In this document: positions 37,001-44,807 of the stretch, in pieces | How the letters are laid out: every line of letters begins with the position of its first letter | Numbering within the stretch: the first letter of the stretch is position 1 | Source: an uncultured Rikenella sp. | GTDB taxonomy: Bacteria; Bacteroidota; Bacteroidia; Bacteroidales; VadinHA17 | DNA: 64,000 nt | Reading direction: 5' to 3' | NCBI GenBank assembly: GCA_964627825.1 | Contig: CAZVLJ010000005.1 | Coordinates: 2,289-66,288 of the forward strand | Made by a program: the position numbers and the translations under genes | Notes under the pieces: model-generated | Told to the model about the DNA's origin: nothing | What the model saw: only the letters and a program-made list of their open reading frames with translations | Databases searched by the model: none

Positions 37001-37324
37001 TATGCACTGCTTCTCCCATGCGCCTCTGCGTGAATCGTCGGAGCCGGCAGAGAGATGAGCGGTCAGGGTGGCGACGGCATATCGGGCGCTGAGATCGTCA
37101 CCGGTACCGGCAGGGACCACCTTCTGACAGATCATGTCTCTGCCCTCTTCTCCAAGCAGGTACATATCCTCCATTAACCGGGAGGCCAGCTCCTGGTTGT
37201 CAGCCGGCATGCGTGCGAGCAGGTCAGCTACCTTCGTGCTGAGGGTCCTGACATCCTGGGCTCCCGTAACTGCACTGATAAGCAACAGCATTGCTGCTGC
37301 AAAAAGAGTTTTGATTCTGTTCAT
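34058..37324 (-). CDS. Secreted HEAT-repeat protein with two C-terminal DUF1080 (3-keto-disaccharide hydrolase-like) domains
   Basis: Signal peptide MNRIKTLFAAAMLLLISAVTGAQD (ATG 37324), then about 700 aa of Ala/Leu-rich helical repeats. Then two copies of the DUF1080 pattern: FNGKDLEGWQG...WSVRDGMI...YGDFEMYVDW...DSGIYLRG...IWD and FNGRNLDGWIG...YTAEDGMI...YADFIFRFEF...NNGLGIR...LQILDN...GYIGFLGHGS.VKFRNIRIKEL. Confidence 0.65.
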   Translation of the reverse strand: MNRIKTLFAAAMLLLISAVTGAQDVRTLSTKVADLLARMPADNQELASRLMEDMYLLGEEGRDMICQKVVPAGTGDDLSARYAVATLTAHLSAGSDDSRRGAWEKQCIKYMQSAIDREVRSFFMRQLNLIGSEAAAEALKEWTTSPEMCDDAVIALQSVGTASAAEALTSALRADECPCAAQIMISLAETFPGTTVEPYLLWYNKGNTAEKSAALYALASTGAPGAAEILTGAAAAASYRRDQTDAVRALLLYARNIGLAGEVKKMERIASLVMDVSQAPEASSQRLAAMSVIAEVKGSDALGMLLQAAGDTDVAIRVGALRLASAIKGSDATKKWINRYGKVAPEAKADILFMLGERGDELAVPLMMKALDDPSREVSSSALTALARLQGRKAVEPLLSWIVKYDSEEGHRAAASALTTILDSTSIRMVADRLPESSGQATVTLIRLLAWSGDTHYFKTVLPYTTSDDLAIRAAALTSLSSLGSWNDQPAIIKLLGTATDRAEVTQLQQALLGAAMRHDDPERRSYLILQALDKGAEKAKLIPMLAVTGGDEALKKVAHDFDNGDAATRDICFDALAHWKDHSAAGVLMEIAASGNKTFGMPAFDAYMRMVAAAPVTPEHKLLMIKDISRYAAAPDARSGMLALAASLGIRQAHFFIMPYLSDPSEDVSRAASEAIESMNLPADELFEPMFNGKDLEGWQGLAGNPLTRAKMKPGELAARQKEANIRMLENWSVRDGMIWFSGRGDNLCSVKEYGDFEMYVDWRITRDGDSGIYLRGTPQVQIWDTSRTDDGAEVGSGGLYNNQKNPSVPLTVADNPIGEWNTFRIIMTGERVSVWLNGELTVDNVIMENYWDRSIPIFPTGPVELQAHGTDLAFRDIWIREIKSPEYSLTEKEKEEGFTSLFNGRNLDGWIGNKVSYTAEDGMIVIKPGNDSGGNLYTEREYADFIFRFEFQLTPGANNGLGIRTPTEGDAAYVGMELQILDNTASVYAELAPYQYHGSVYGVIPARRGFLRPVGEWNYQEVTVKGTKVKVVLNGTVIVNGDIADAALNGTIDGKDHPGLKNSKGYIGFLGHGSVVKFRNIRIKEL

Positions 37325-37343
37325 GATATCTTTTTCTTGTGTT

Positions 37344-38612
37344 TTACATATGCCATTCACCTCTCATGGGCTGCTCTATTAATGCATTGGCTGCATCATC
37401 ACCTGTAAAGAGCTGTTTCACGGGGTCAAATTTAAGGTTCCTGCCCAGCCGCAGAGCCACCACACCCATATTCACAATGGTACACGATCTGTGTCCGTTC
37501 TGCTCGTTGAGGGCGAAGGGGCGACGTGTCTTCACCGATTCGGTGAAACGGGTGATCTGAGGCTCAGGGTCGGGAAGATCCCTTACCAGCTCCTGGAGAT
37601 TGGGTATGTCTGAGACAAAGCCCTTATATATCCTCCCGAGAGGTCCTTCGATATAAGCAGCATCACTGTCACGGTTTTCGCCATCAAGAATGATCTGGCA
37701 CCCGTCCTCATAGGTATATGTGATCCTTCGCCATGAGCCCACGGCATCATAGTGCTGCTGCGGAGCGTCAATCTCCACGGAGACGGGGCTGGTGTCATCC
37801 TTTCCCAGCAGGTACTGAACAGGATCAATATAGTGTTGCCCCATATCTCCCAATCCTCCCCCGTCATAGTCCCAGTATCCCCTGAAGTTCTCGTGTACGC
37901 GCATCTTATTGTAAGGCTTGAACGGTGCAGGTCCCAGCCACATATCATAATCAAGTTCAGCCGGTACCGGTTCGGGAACGAGATCGGTCCGTCCGCTCCA
38001 GTAGAACTTCCAGTCATATCCGGTGATTCCGCTGATGGTTACCTTCAGGGGCCATCCCAGCACCCCGCTGCTGACAACCTTTTTAAGAGGCATGACGGTA
38101 GTACCCAGGCCGTAGAACTGGCCTGTAAACCGGAACCAGGTGTTGAGCCTGAATATCCTGCCGTTGGCCCTGACGGCCTCCACCAGTCTCTTGCCCTCAC
38201 CAATGGTACGAGTCATTGGTTTCTCGCACCATATGTCCTTGCCGGCCTCAGCAGCCATCCGCGCAATGATCCCGTGCCAGTGAGGCGGAGTGGCTATGTG
38301 TACAATGTCTATGTCAGGCCTGCTGATGAGTTCGCGGAAATCATGATATCCAACCACTCCTTTCCCGGCTTTATCAAGCGCTCTTTTCAGGTGCCTTGAA
38401 TCAACATCACAGACAGCCAGAAGGCGGGTATTCTCATAATTGAAATGGCCAAGTCCCATTCCTCCCACTCCAACAATTCCCTTTGTGAGCTTGTCGCTGG
38501 GAGCAAGATAACCGCTGCCGCCAAGCACGTGCCTGGGAACAATGGTGATGGCGGTACCGGCCACTGCTCCCCTCCTTATAAATTCTCTTCTCTTTATTGG
38601 ATTCAATGACAT
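37344..38612 (-). CDS. Tat-exported Gfo/Idh/MocA-family oxidoreductase
   Basis: Twin-arginine signal KRREFIRRGAVAGTAITIV. Rossmann start GIVGVGGMG and ATPPHWH, followed by a typical C-terminal alpha/beta domain. Confidence 0.8.
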   Translation of the reverse strand: MSLNPIKRREFIRRGAVAGTAITIVPRHVLGGSGYLAPSDKLTKGIVGVGGMGLGHFNYENTRLLAVCDVDSRHLKRALDKAGKGVVGYHDFRELISRPDIDIVHIATPPHWHGIIARMAAEAGKDIWCEKPMTRTIGEGKRLVEAVRANGRIFRLNTWFRFTGQFYGLGTTVMPLKKVVSSGVLGWPLKVTISGITGYDWKFYWSGRTDLVPEPVPAELDYDMWLGPAPFKPYNKMRVHENFRGYWDYDGGGLGDMGQHYIDPVQYLLGKDDTSPVSVEIDAPQQHYDAVGSWRRITYTYEDGCQIILDGENRDSDAAYIEGPLGRIYKGFVSDIPNLQELVRDLPDPEPQITRFTESVKTRRPFALNEQNGHRSCTIVNMGVVALRLGRNLKFDPVKQLFTGDDAANALIEQPMRGEWHM

Positions 38613-38623
38613 AATTTTATGTT

Positions 38624-40162
38624 TTAGTCTTCAGGAACGCTATACTCTTTTCTCAGAGCAGCAAGTTTCTTTCTGAGTTTCTGCTCCACCCGGTCATATG
38701 CCGGATCATCTATCAAGTTATTCATCTCATGCGGATCAGAGGTGATGTCATACAGTTCCCACTGGTCAATGTCATTATAGAAATGAATCAGCTTGTACCT
38801 GTCAGTACGAATTCCATAATGTCTTCTTACTGCATGTTCGGCCGGGTACTCATAATAGTGATAATAAAGTGCATCACGCCATTTTTTGGGTTTTTCTCCC
38901 CTGAGCAGCGGTACAAGTGAGACACCCTGCATCTCTTCAGGAGGCTTCACCCCTGCCAGTTCCAGGAATGTTGGAGCGTAATCAATATTCTGTACCATTT
39001 CGGTTATATCTCCATGGGCAGAGAGCGACTCCGGCAGCCGCATCATCAAGGGAGTACGGAAAGATTCTTCGTACATGAAGCGCTTGTCAAACCAGCCATG
39101 CTCACCCAGGTAGAAGCCCTGGTCAGAGGTGTAGACCACGAGGGTATTTTCAAGCAGGCCGGACTGCTCAAGGTAATCAAGCAGCCTGCCCGTATTGCGG
39201 TCAACAGACTCGATGGTCCTGAGGTAGTCAGTGAGGTACCTGTTCAGCTTGAATAGTGCCAGCTCATCACCCTGAGGCGGATTTGTCCTGTAGGCTTCAC
39301 TGATGCTGTCATACTCCTTCAGCCATGCCTCGCGTTGCTCCGGGGTCATGCGACGGTTGAGGTACCACAGATAGTCCTGCTCTGTTTTGGTCAGGGAGTC
39401 GCCCTGAGCGCTGGTGATCTTGAGGTCATAGGACATGCGCATATCCTTTATGACGCTCATCTCCTGGAGACCGGCGGCGGCTCTGCCCTCATATGTGTCA
39501 AAGAAGTTATCCGGGACGGGGAATTCTGTGCCGTCAAAGAGATCGAGGTCACAGGTTTCAGGCATCCAGTTGCGATGGGGAGCCTTGTGGTGCACCATCA
39601 GGCAGAAAGGCTTTGTGGTATCACGTTGCTCCAGCCACCCGATGGCCTTATCGGTTATGATTGTGGTGGCGTATCCCGTCTGCCTGTAAGTGCGATCCAT
39701 CTCAACAAAGTCAGGGTTATAATAGCTGCCCTGACCGGGAACGATACTCCAGTAGTCAAAGCCTGTTGGTTCACTCTTGAGGTGCCATTTGCCGATGAGA
39801 GCGGTCTGGTATCCTGCCTCACGGAGCAGCTTGGGGAAGGTCACCTGGGAGCTGTCAAACCGGGCACGGTTGTCCCTGTGGCCGTTGGCATGGCTGTGCT
39901 TGCCGGTGAGCAGCGCCGCCCTGCTGGGAGCACATATGGAGTTGCATACAAAACTGTTGCGGAATATGATCCCCTCGTCCGCAATGCGGTCGAGATTCGG
40001 GGTTTTATTTATCTGGCTTCCATAGGCGCTGACAGCCTGGTAGGCATGATCATCCGTCATGATGTAGACGATGTTCAGTTTCTGTGGTTCCGGCTCAGGT
40101 CCTGAGCAACCCAGGATCATGAGGGGCAGCAGAATTGCGGAGAGTCCTTTCACTTTTTTCAT
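38624..40162 (-). CDS. Formylglycine-dependent sulfatase (lipoprotein)
   Basis: Lipobox LMILGCSG. MTDDH, then the CxPSR signature in SICAPSRAALLTGK, and GKWHL. Confidence 0.85.
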   Translation of the reverse strand: MKKVKGLSAILLPLMILGCSGPEPEPQKLNIVYIMTDDHAYQAVSAYGSQINKTPNLDRIADEGIIFRNSFVCNSICAPSRAALLTGKHSHANGHRDNRARFDSSQVTFPKLLREAGYQTALIGKWHLKSEPTGFDYWSIVPGQGSYYNPDFVEMDRTYRQTGYATTIITDKAIGWLEQRDTTKPFCLMVHHKAPHRNWMPETCDLDLFDGTEFPVPDNFFDTYEGRAAAGLQEMSVIKDMRMSYDLKITSAQGDSLTKTEQDYLWYLNRRMTPEQREAWLKEYDSISEAYRTNPPQGDELALFKLNRYLTDYLRTIESVDRNTGRLLDYLEQSGLLENTLVVYTSDQGFYLGEHGWFDKRFMYEESFRTPLMMRLPESLSAHGDITEMVQNIDYAPTFLELAGVKPPEEMQGVSLVPLLRGEKPKKWRDALYYHYYEYPAEHAVRRHYGIRTDRYKLIHFYNDIDQWELYDITSDPHEMNNLIDDPAYDRVEQKLRKKLAALRKEYSVPED

Positions 40163-40225
40163 GTTACAGTTTTCTTTTCCGGTTGCAGGCAGATGAATTA
40201 TTATGCCGGGGATGCCCGGCGGCTA

Positions 40226-41395
40226 TTATATAGTCACAATCCTTTTCCTGATTATGATCCATGCCACTACAAGCAGGTATATTGCACAGAGCAGAAGCAC
40301 TCCCATTCCCGGCACTACCCCCATGGAATCACTTACCAGTCCCATCAGCGGAGGGATGAGAGCCCCGCCGGAGATAGCCATCATCATCAGACCTGATATC
40401 TCATTGCTCCTCTCAGGGTATTTCTGAACAGTGAGTGAGAAGACCAGGGGGAAGATGTTTGCCACACCGAGGCCGATCAGGAAGACGAGGATCCATGCGG
40501 CAGCCTTTGATGCCGGGATGATCATGATAAGCAATATTGTGAGTATTGAGAGTACAGCGCTGTATAGCAATCCTTTTGTTGAAGCAAGCTTCGTCAGTAT
40601 CAGTGCGCCCAGGAAAGTGCCAAGCATACGCCCGAAGAAGTAGACACTGCGGCCCGACTGTGCACTAACCTCCTCAAACCCGAATCTGGTTGTAAGGTAT
40701 TTACCGGAGAAATAGTTGAATCCCACATCAATACCAACTACCAGGAAGATTGAGAGAACCATCATCAGTATGTACGAGTTGCCCAGAAGTTTGAAGGCGG
40801 AGGCCATAGAAGCCCTGCTGCCGGTGGATGCTGTCTCCTCTATCTTGACCGAGCCGAGCCAGAGCACGCTGAGGAATGAGATGATTCCGTATACGAGGAA
40901 GAGTATCTTCCAGTCGCCGAACCGGCTGGCAAACAGTGCCGCCAGGGGTGCTGCCAGCATTGAGCCAATGGCTTTGATGAACTGTGAGAAACTGAGGAAG
41001 CTGGACGCTCTTTTACCGGGTACCACATCAACCAGCAGCGGGTTGGCGGAGACCTGGACAATTGTGTTTCCTATTCCCAGCAGGGCGAAACCAATAATGA
41101 CAGTCACGAAGTTGTAGAAGAGATAAGGGATAAAAAGACCTGTTCCCGTGATGATCATGCCGGCGTTGAGCATGCGCTTCTTCCCGAGACGGGCCTGCAG
41201 GATCCCTACAGGTACGGAGAGGATGAAGAACCATACGAAGGCAGCAAAGGGTATCAGACCCAGGATGAAATCGCTCAGTCCCAGATCACCTGCCACACGG
41301 TCCTTGCCGATACCCACCAGGTCAACGAAGCTCATCACGAAGAATGAGAGGAGTACCGGAACCACCAGCCTCATCTCAATTTTTTTCTCATTCAT
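40226..41395 (-). CDS. MFS sugar transporter (FucP/GluP-like)
   Basis: 389 aa with about 12 hydrophobic helices. Located between kinase and sulfatase genes. Subfamily assigned by recall only. Confidence 0.65.
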   Translation of the reverse strand: MNEKKIEMRLVVPVLLSFFVMSFVDLVGIGKDRVAGDLGLSDFILGLIPFAAFVWFFILSVPVGILQARLGKKRMLNAGMIITGTGLFIPYLFYNFVTVIIGFALLGIGNTIVQVSANPLLVDVVPGKRASSFLSFSQFIKAIGSMLAAPLAALFASRFGDWKILFLVYGIISFLSVLWLGSVKIEETASTGSRASMASAFKLLGNSYILMMVLSIFLVVGIDVGFNYFSGKYLTTRFGFEEVSAQSGRSVYFFGRMLGTFLGALILTKLASTKGLLYSAVLSILTILLIMIIPASKAAAWILVFLIGLGVANIFPLVFSLTVQKYPERSNEISGLMMMAISGGALIPPLMGLVSDSMGVVPGMGVLLLCAIYLLVVAWIIIRKRIVTI

Positions 41396-41415
41396 AGTCT
41401 TTTGGTTAATCAGTC

Positions 41416-42360
41416 TTACATCAATGCAAGAGCCGGCTGCACCGCCTTCCAGAAGTCCTCATTAAGGAGATAGGCGCTTCCCAGCAGGGCCGCATCTTCC
41501 TTCAGTCCGGAGATGGCTGTCACCGTTTGGCATCCCTCTTTACGCATAGCCTCTTCCATTGACTTACCGAAGAGGTTATACGCATTGGAGATGTTCCCTC
41601 CCATAATGAGAGTTTCGGCTCCAAATCGTTTCAGCCATGGAACCAGGAAGGCCCCGAGATTGTTGCCAAACTCCTTAAAGATATCAAGCACCCGGGTATC
41701 CTCCGAAGCCATCATGGCCACCTCCCTCACACCCTCCGCCTCATTGCCCGTCACTTCACGGTAACGCGCAGTGAACCATCGCGTTGAAAAGTAGTCATCA
41801 GCTATTCCGGTTCCATAAGGCAGATGATAGACACAACCCATTCCAGGTACCCTGTCACCCTCCACCACCGGGATGTGGTTTTCAAGGAAAGCTGATCCAA
41901 AGCCGGTACCCAGAGTTATGGCCATCATCCTTTCATATCCTGCAGCCTTGCCTGCCCAGGCCTCACCCACAGCGAAGGAGCTGGCGTCATTCATGAACCG
42001 CACCCTGCAGTCACATGGAAGCCCCAGTCTGGAGCTGATGGCCTTGCCAACATTGATACCATATAGTTTTTCGTATTTCGGAACACCTTTAATAAGGCAG
42101 ATGCCCCTGACATAGTCAAATGGTCCCGGCATGGCAAAGCCTATCCCGCGCAGATTGAAGATCTGCATTCCTCTGAGAACCTTTTTAAGTGTATTGGTCC
42201 AGACTGACAGGATCTCATCTGCTTCAGCCTTGTTGTCCACAGGGCTTTCGGCTCGTGAGCCGCTTATTATGCGGTGTTTTTCCATATCAACGGCTACGGC
42301 TGTAATATGGCTTCCGCCAATGTCCACGCCAATGGCGATGTTCTGAAATGGGGAATTCAT
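41416..42360 (-). CDS. ROK-family sugar kinase-like protein lacking the zinc motif
   Basis: ATP motif GVDIGGSHITAV, GIGFAMPGPFD, NDASSFAVGE and TLGTGFGSAF. The usual CxCGxxGC motif is absent; the region reads GMGCVYHLPYGTGIADDYF. Confidence 0.7.
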   Translation of the reverse strand: MNSPFQNIAIGVDIGGSHITAVAVDMEKHRIISGSRAESPVDNKAEADEILSVWTNTLKKVLRGMQIFNLRGIGFAMPGPFDYVRGICLIKGVPKYEKLYGINVGKAISSRLGLPCDCRVRFMNDASSFAVGEAWAGKAAGYERMMAITLGTGFGSAFLENHIPVVEGDRVPGMGCVYHLPYGTGIADDYFSTRWFTARYREVTGNEAEGVREVAMMASEDTRVLDIFKEFGNNLGAFLVPWLKRFGAETLIMGGNISNAYNLFGKSMEEAMRKEGCQTVTAISGLKEDAALLGSAYLLNEDFWKAVQPALALM

Positions 42361-42529
42361 TGATGGTCTGTTCAGGATCCGGTTTTAAGGCTTTGAAAGT
42401 ATCCATTTTTAACCAATAGTGCAAAGCAGTCAATCATATTATTCCGAAAAAATAGGAGCAGTCTGAGAAATGTTATAAATTCGTGTTCATAACATCTGTT
42501 CCCCTGAACGTTCATAATCAAATCCTGTT

Positions 42530-43837
42530 ATGCCAAAAGCAACTAAAGAAGATGCGCTTCTGTACCACAGTCGCGGCCGTAAGGGCAAGATAGAAGTCAT
42601 TCCTACAAAGCCCTACTGTACCCAGTTTGATCTCAGCCTGGCATATACACCCGGCGTGGCCCATCCGTGCCTTGAGATTGAAAAGAACCCCGGGGATGCT
42701 TACATGTATACCGCAAAGGGCAATCTTGTAGCAGTTATCTCCAACGGTACTGCTGTTCTTGGTCTGGGTGATATCGGGTCGCTGGCCGGCAAGCCGGTGA
42801 TGGAGGGCAAGGGACTGCTTTTTAAAGTCTTTGCTGATGTGGATGTATTTGATATTGAGATTGATGAGAAGGATCCGGAGAAGCTGATAGAAATATGTGC
42901 AAAGATAGCACCCACCTTCGGAGGAATCAATCTGGAAGACATAAAGGCGCCGGAGTGCTTTGAGGTGGAGACAAGGCTCAAACAGATGCTTGATATACCG
43001 GTGTTCCATGATGATCAGCACGGCACTGCCATCATCTCGGCAGCCGGACTGCTCAATGCTGTGGAGATCAGCGGCAAGAACCTTGCAGAATTGAAGGTTG
43101 TGGTATGCGGGGCAGGGGCTGCTGCCAACTCCTGCACAAGGCTGTATGTTGCCCTCGGGGTTAAGAAGGAGAATGTCATCATGGTTGACAGCAAGGGGGT
43201 GATAAACAGTAAAAGGACCGATCTCAATAAATACAAGAAAGAGTGGGTTACCGAAAGGGATATCAGCACCCTTGCTGAAGCTGTTGAAGGCGCCGATCTC
43301 TTTCTCGGACTTTCGGTTGCCAACATGCTGACGAAGGAGATGCTCAGCACCATGGCCCCTGATCCTATTGTCTTTGCGATGGCCAATCCCAACCCGGAGA
43401 TCAGTTTTGAGGATGCCATGTCAACCCGTGACGATTTGATCTTCGCCACAGGCAGGTCAGACTATCCCAACCAGATAAACAACGTATTGGGATTTCCCTT
43501 CATTTTCAGGGGAGCGCTGGATGTGCGGGCACGTAATATCAATGAGGAGATGAAGCTTGCCGCCACCAGGGCGCTGGCTGCCCTTACAAGGGAGAAAGTA
43601 CCAGCTTCGGTACTGAAGGCCTACTCGTTAGAGAGCCTTGAGTTCGGACGCGAATACATCATCCCCAAGCCTCTTGATCCCCGGCTGATCTCATGGGTTG
43701 CTCCGGCGGTAGCCCGGGCAGCAGTAGAGACGGGGGTAGCCAGGTCAGTGATTGAGGATTGGGATGCCTATGCGGCGTCGCTTGACAAACGCACATCAGA
43801 GCATATCAAACGGATATCGGAGATATGCTGTCTCTGA
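42530..43837 (+). CDS. NAD(P)-dependent malic enzyme (short form, no PTA domain)
   Basis: Characteristic [62 protein letters not shown] and VVCGAGAAA. Confidence 0.85.
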   Translation: MPKATKEDALLYHSRGRKGKIEVIPTKPYCTQFDLSLAYTPGVAHPCLEIEKNPGDAYMYTAKGNLVAVISNGTAVLGLGDIGSLAGKPVMEGKGLLFKVFADVDVFDIEIDEKDPEKLIEICAKIAPTFGGINLEDIKAPECFEVETRLKQMLDIPVFHDDQHGTAIISAAGLLNAVEISGKNLAELKVVVCGAGAAANSCTRLYVALGVKKENVIMVDSKGVINSKRTDLNKYKKEWVTERDISTLAEAVEGADLFLGLSVANMLTKEMLSTMAPDPIVFAMANPNPEISFEDAMSTRDDLIFATGRSDYPNQINNVLGFPFIFRGALDVRARNINEEMKLAATRALAALTREKVPASVLKAYSLESLEFGREYIIPKPLDPRLISWVAPAVARAAVETGVARSVIEDWDAYAASLDKRTSEHIKRISEICCL

Positions 43838-43853
43838 GACAGAAACCGGAAGA

Positions 43854-43877
43854 GGCCGGATGACATTGGTCACCGGC
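43854..43877. terminator. Hairpin between convergent genes (candidate bidirectional terminator)
   Basis: GGCCGGaTGAC-ATTG-GTCACCGGCC: a 10-bp stem with one bulged A and no strong T-tract. Confidence 0.35.
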
Positions 43878-43945
43878 CCCTTCACTTACCCTCCTGTTAA
43901 ACAACCAGCCCGCTGTGCCAAACTCTAAAACGCACAGCTTTATCA

Positions 43946-44644
43946 TTACCGTTTCACCGCCAGTTTCGTCTCGTACAATGTAAGAATGAGCGACGAGATC
44001 TGCTCCAGGGTGAAGCTGCTCCTGTTCAATGTAACATCAAAGAGATAATCAATGCTCTGAGGCTTCTTGTCAAGAAAGTCAACAATCAGCTTATGCCTTT
44101 TTTCATCAGTCTGCAGGGTATACTGCTCTGCTTTTTCAATGACCATCCCCTTCTTCTTCATTACATTCTGTACCCTCCAGTAGACAGGCGCTACCAGGCG
44201 TACATGCAGGGCATTTGCCATATCACGGGTTATTGCCACGCCTCCCCTTCCGATAATCACAACATAACCATCACGGGCAATGGAGAGAACAACCTCCTTA
44301 ATGGCCTTCTTTACAGAGCTGTCAGTAACAAATGTACCTGAGAAGGCCATGATCATCTGTGATATATCCGTCATACCCAGACCCTGGTAGTAGGTCTCAA
44401 CGCGGTTGGTATCTGTTCTGAGCTCATGGGCAGCATGATATATAATATCCTTATCCACCCATTTCCACCTGTTAGTATTGTATCTCAGGTTCATCTGCGC
44501 AACCAGTTCAGCAGCAACCTCCCTGCCATCGCAACCTGTCAGACGTGATATAGTTATCACCGGGCCTGTACTGTCAACGGGCCTGCCAAGCATTTCAGCC
44601 CTGTAGCGGGTGTCAAAATAATCAAATATCTTTTTCACATCCAA
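43946..44644 (-). CDS. Cytidylate kinase-like family protein
   Basis: 232 aa. N-terminal pattern PVITISRLTGCDGREVAAEL and later VIIGRGG, typical of the cytidylate-kinase-like family of unknown function. Confidence 0.6.
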   Translation of the reverse strand: MDVKKIFDYFDTRYRAEMLGRPVDSTGPVITISRLTGCDGREVAAELVAQMNLRYNTNRWKWVDKDIIYHAAHELRTDTNRVETYYQGLGMTDISQMIMAFSGTFVTDSSVKKAIKEVVLSIARDGYVVIIGRGGVAITRDMANALHVRLVAPVYWRVQNVMKKKGMVIEKAEQYTLQTDEKRHKLIVDFLDKKPQSIDYLFDVTLNRSSFTLEQISSLILTLYETKLAVKR

Positions 44645-44807
44645 GGCTTTAGCTACTACCGAACATCAACTATGCCACCACGCCGGCAGCAGTTGTTAAA
44701 TCTCTCATAATATACTAAATTCAAAGAGCAAAAGCAACTAATTATGGCAAAAAAAGTGCGCCGTATTCCTCACGGATACGGCGGCTCTCATCATATGGTT
44801 ATTTCCG

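Noticed and set aside
37752-38399. 215-aa plus-strand ORF, and the 37583..38017 minus-strand alternative-frame ORF, within the Gfo/Idh/MocA gene
   Set aside because: Overlapped by a well-supported oxidoreductase CDS. No start context and no recognisable domains.
39335-40105. 256-aa plus-strand ORF antisense to the sulfatase gene (also 39014..39256, 39435..39689, 39777..40025)
   Set aside because: The opposite strand encodes a sulfatase with the CxPSR signature across the whole interval. The antisense products have no motifs and Arg/Gly/Val-rich composition, as expected from a reverse-frame artefact.
42518-43021. 167-aa minus-strand ORF overlapping the start of the malic enzyme gene
   Set aside because: Antisense to a highly conserved malic enzyme N-terminus. 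The composition (Ile/Leu/Cys/His-rich) looks non-genic.
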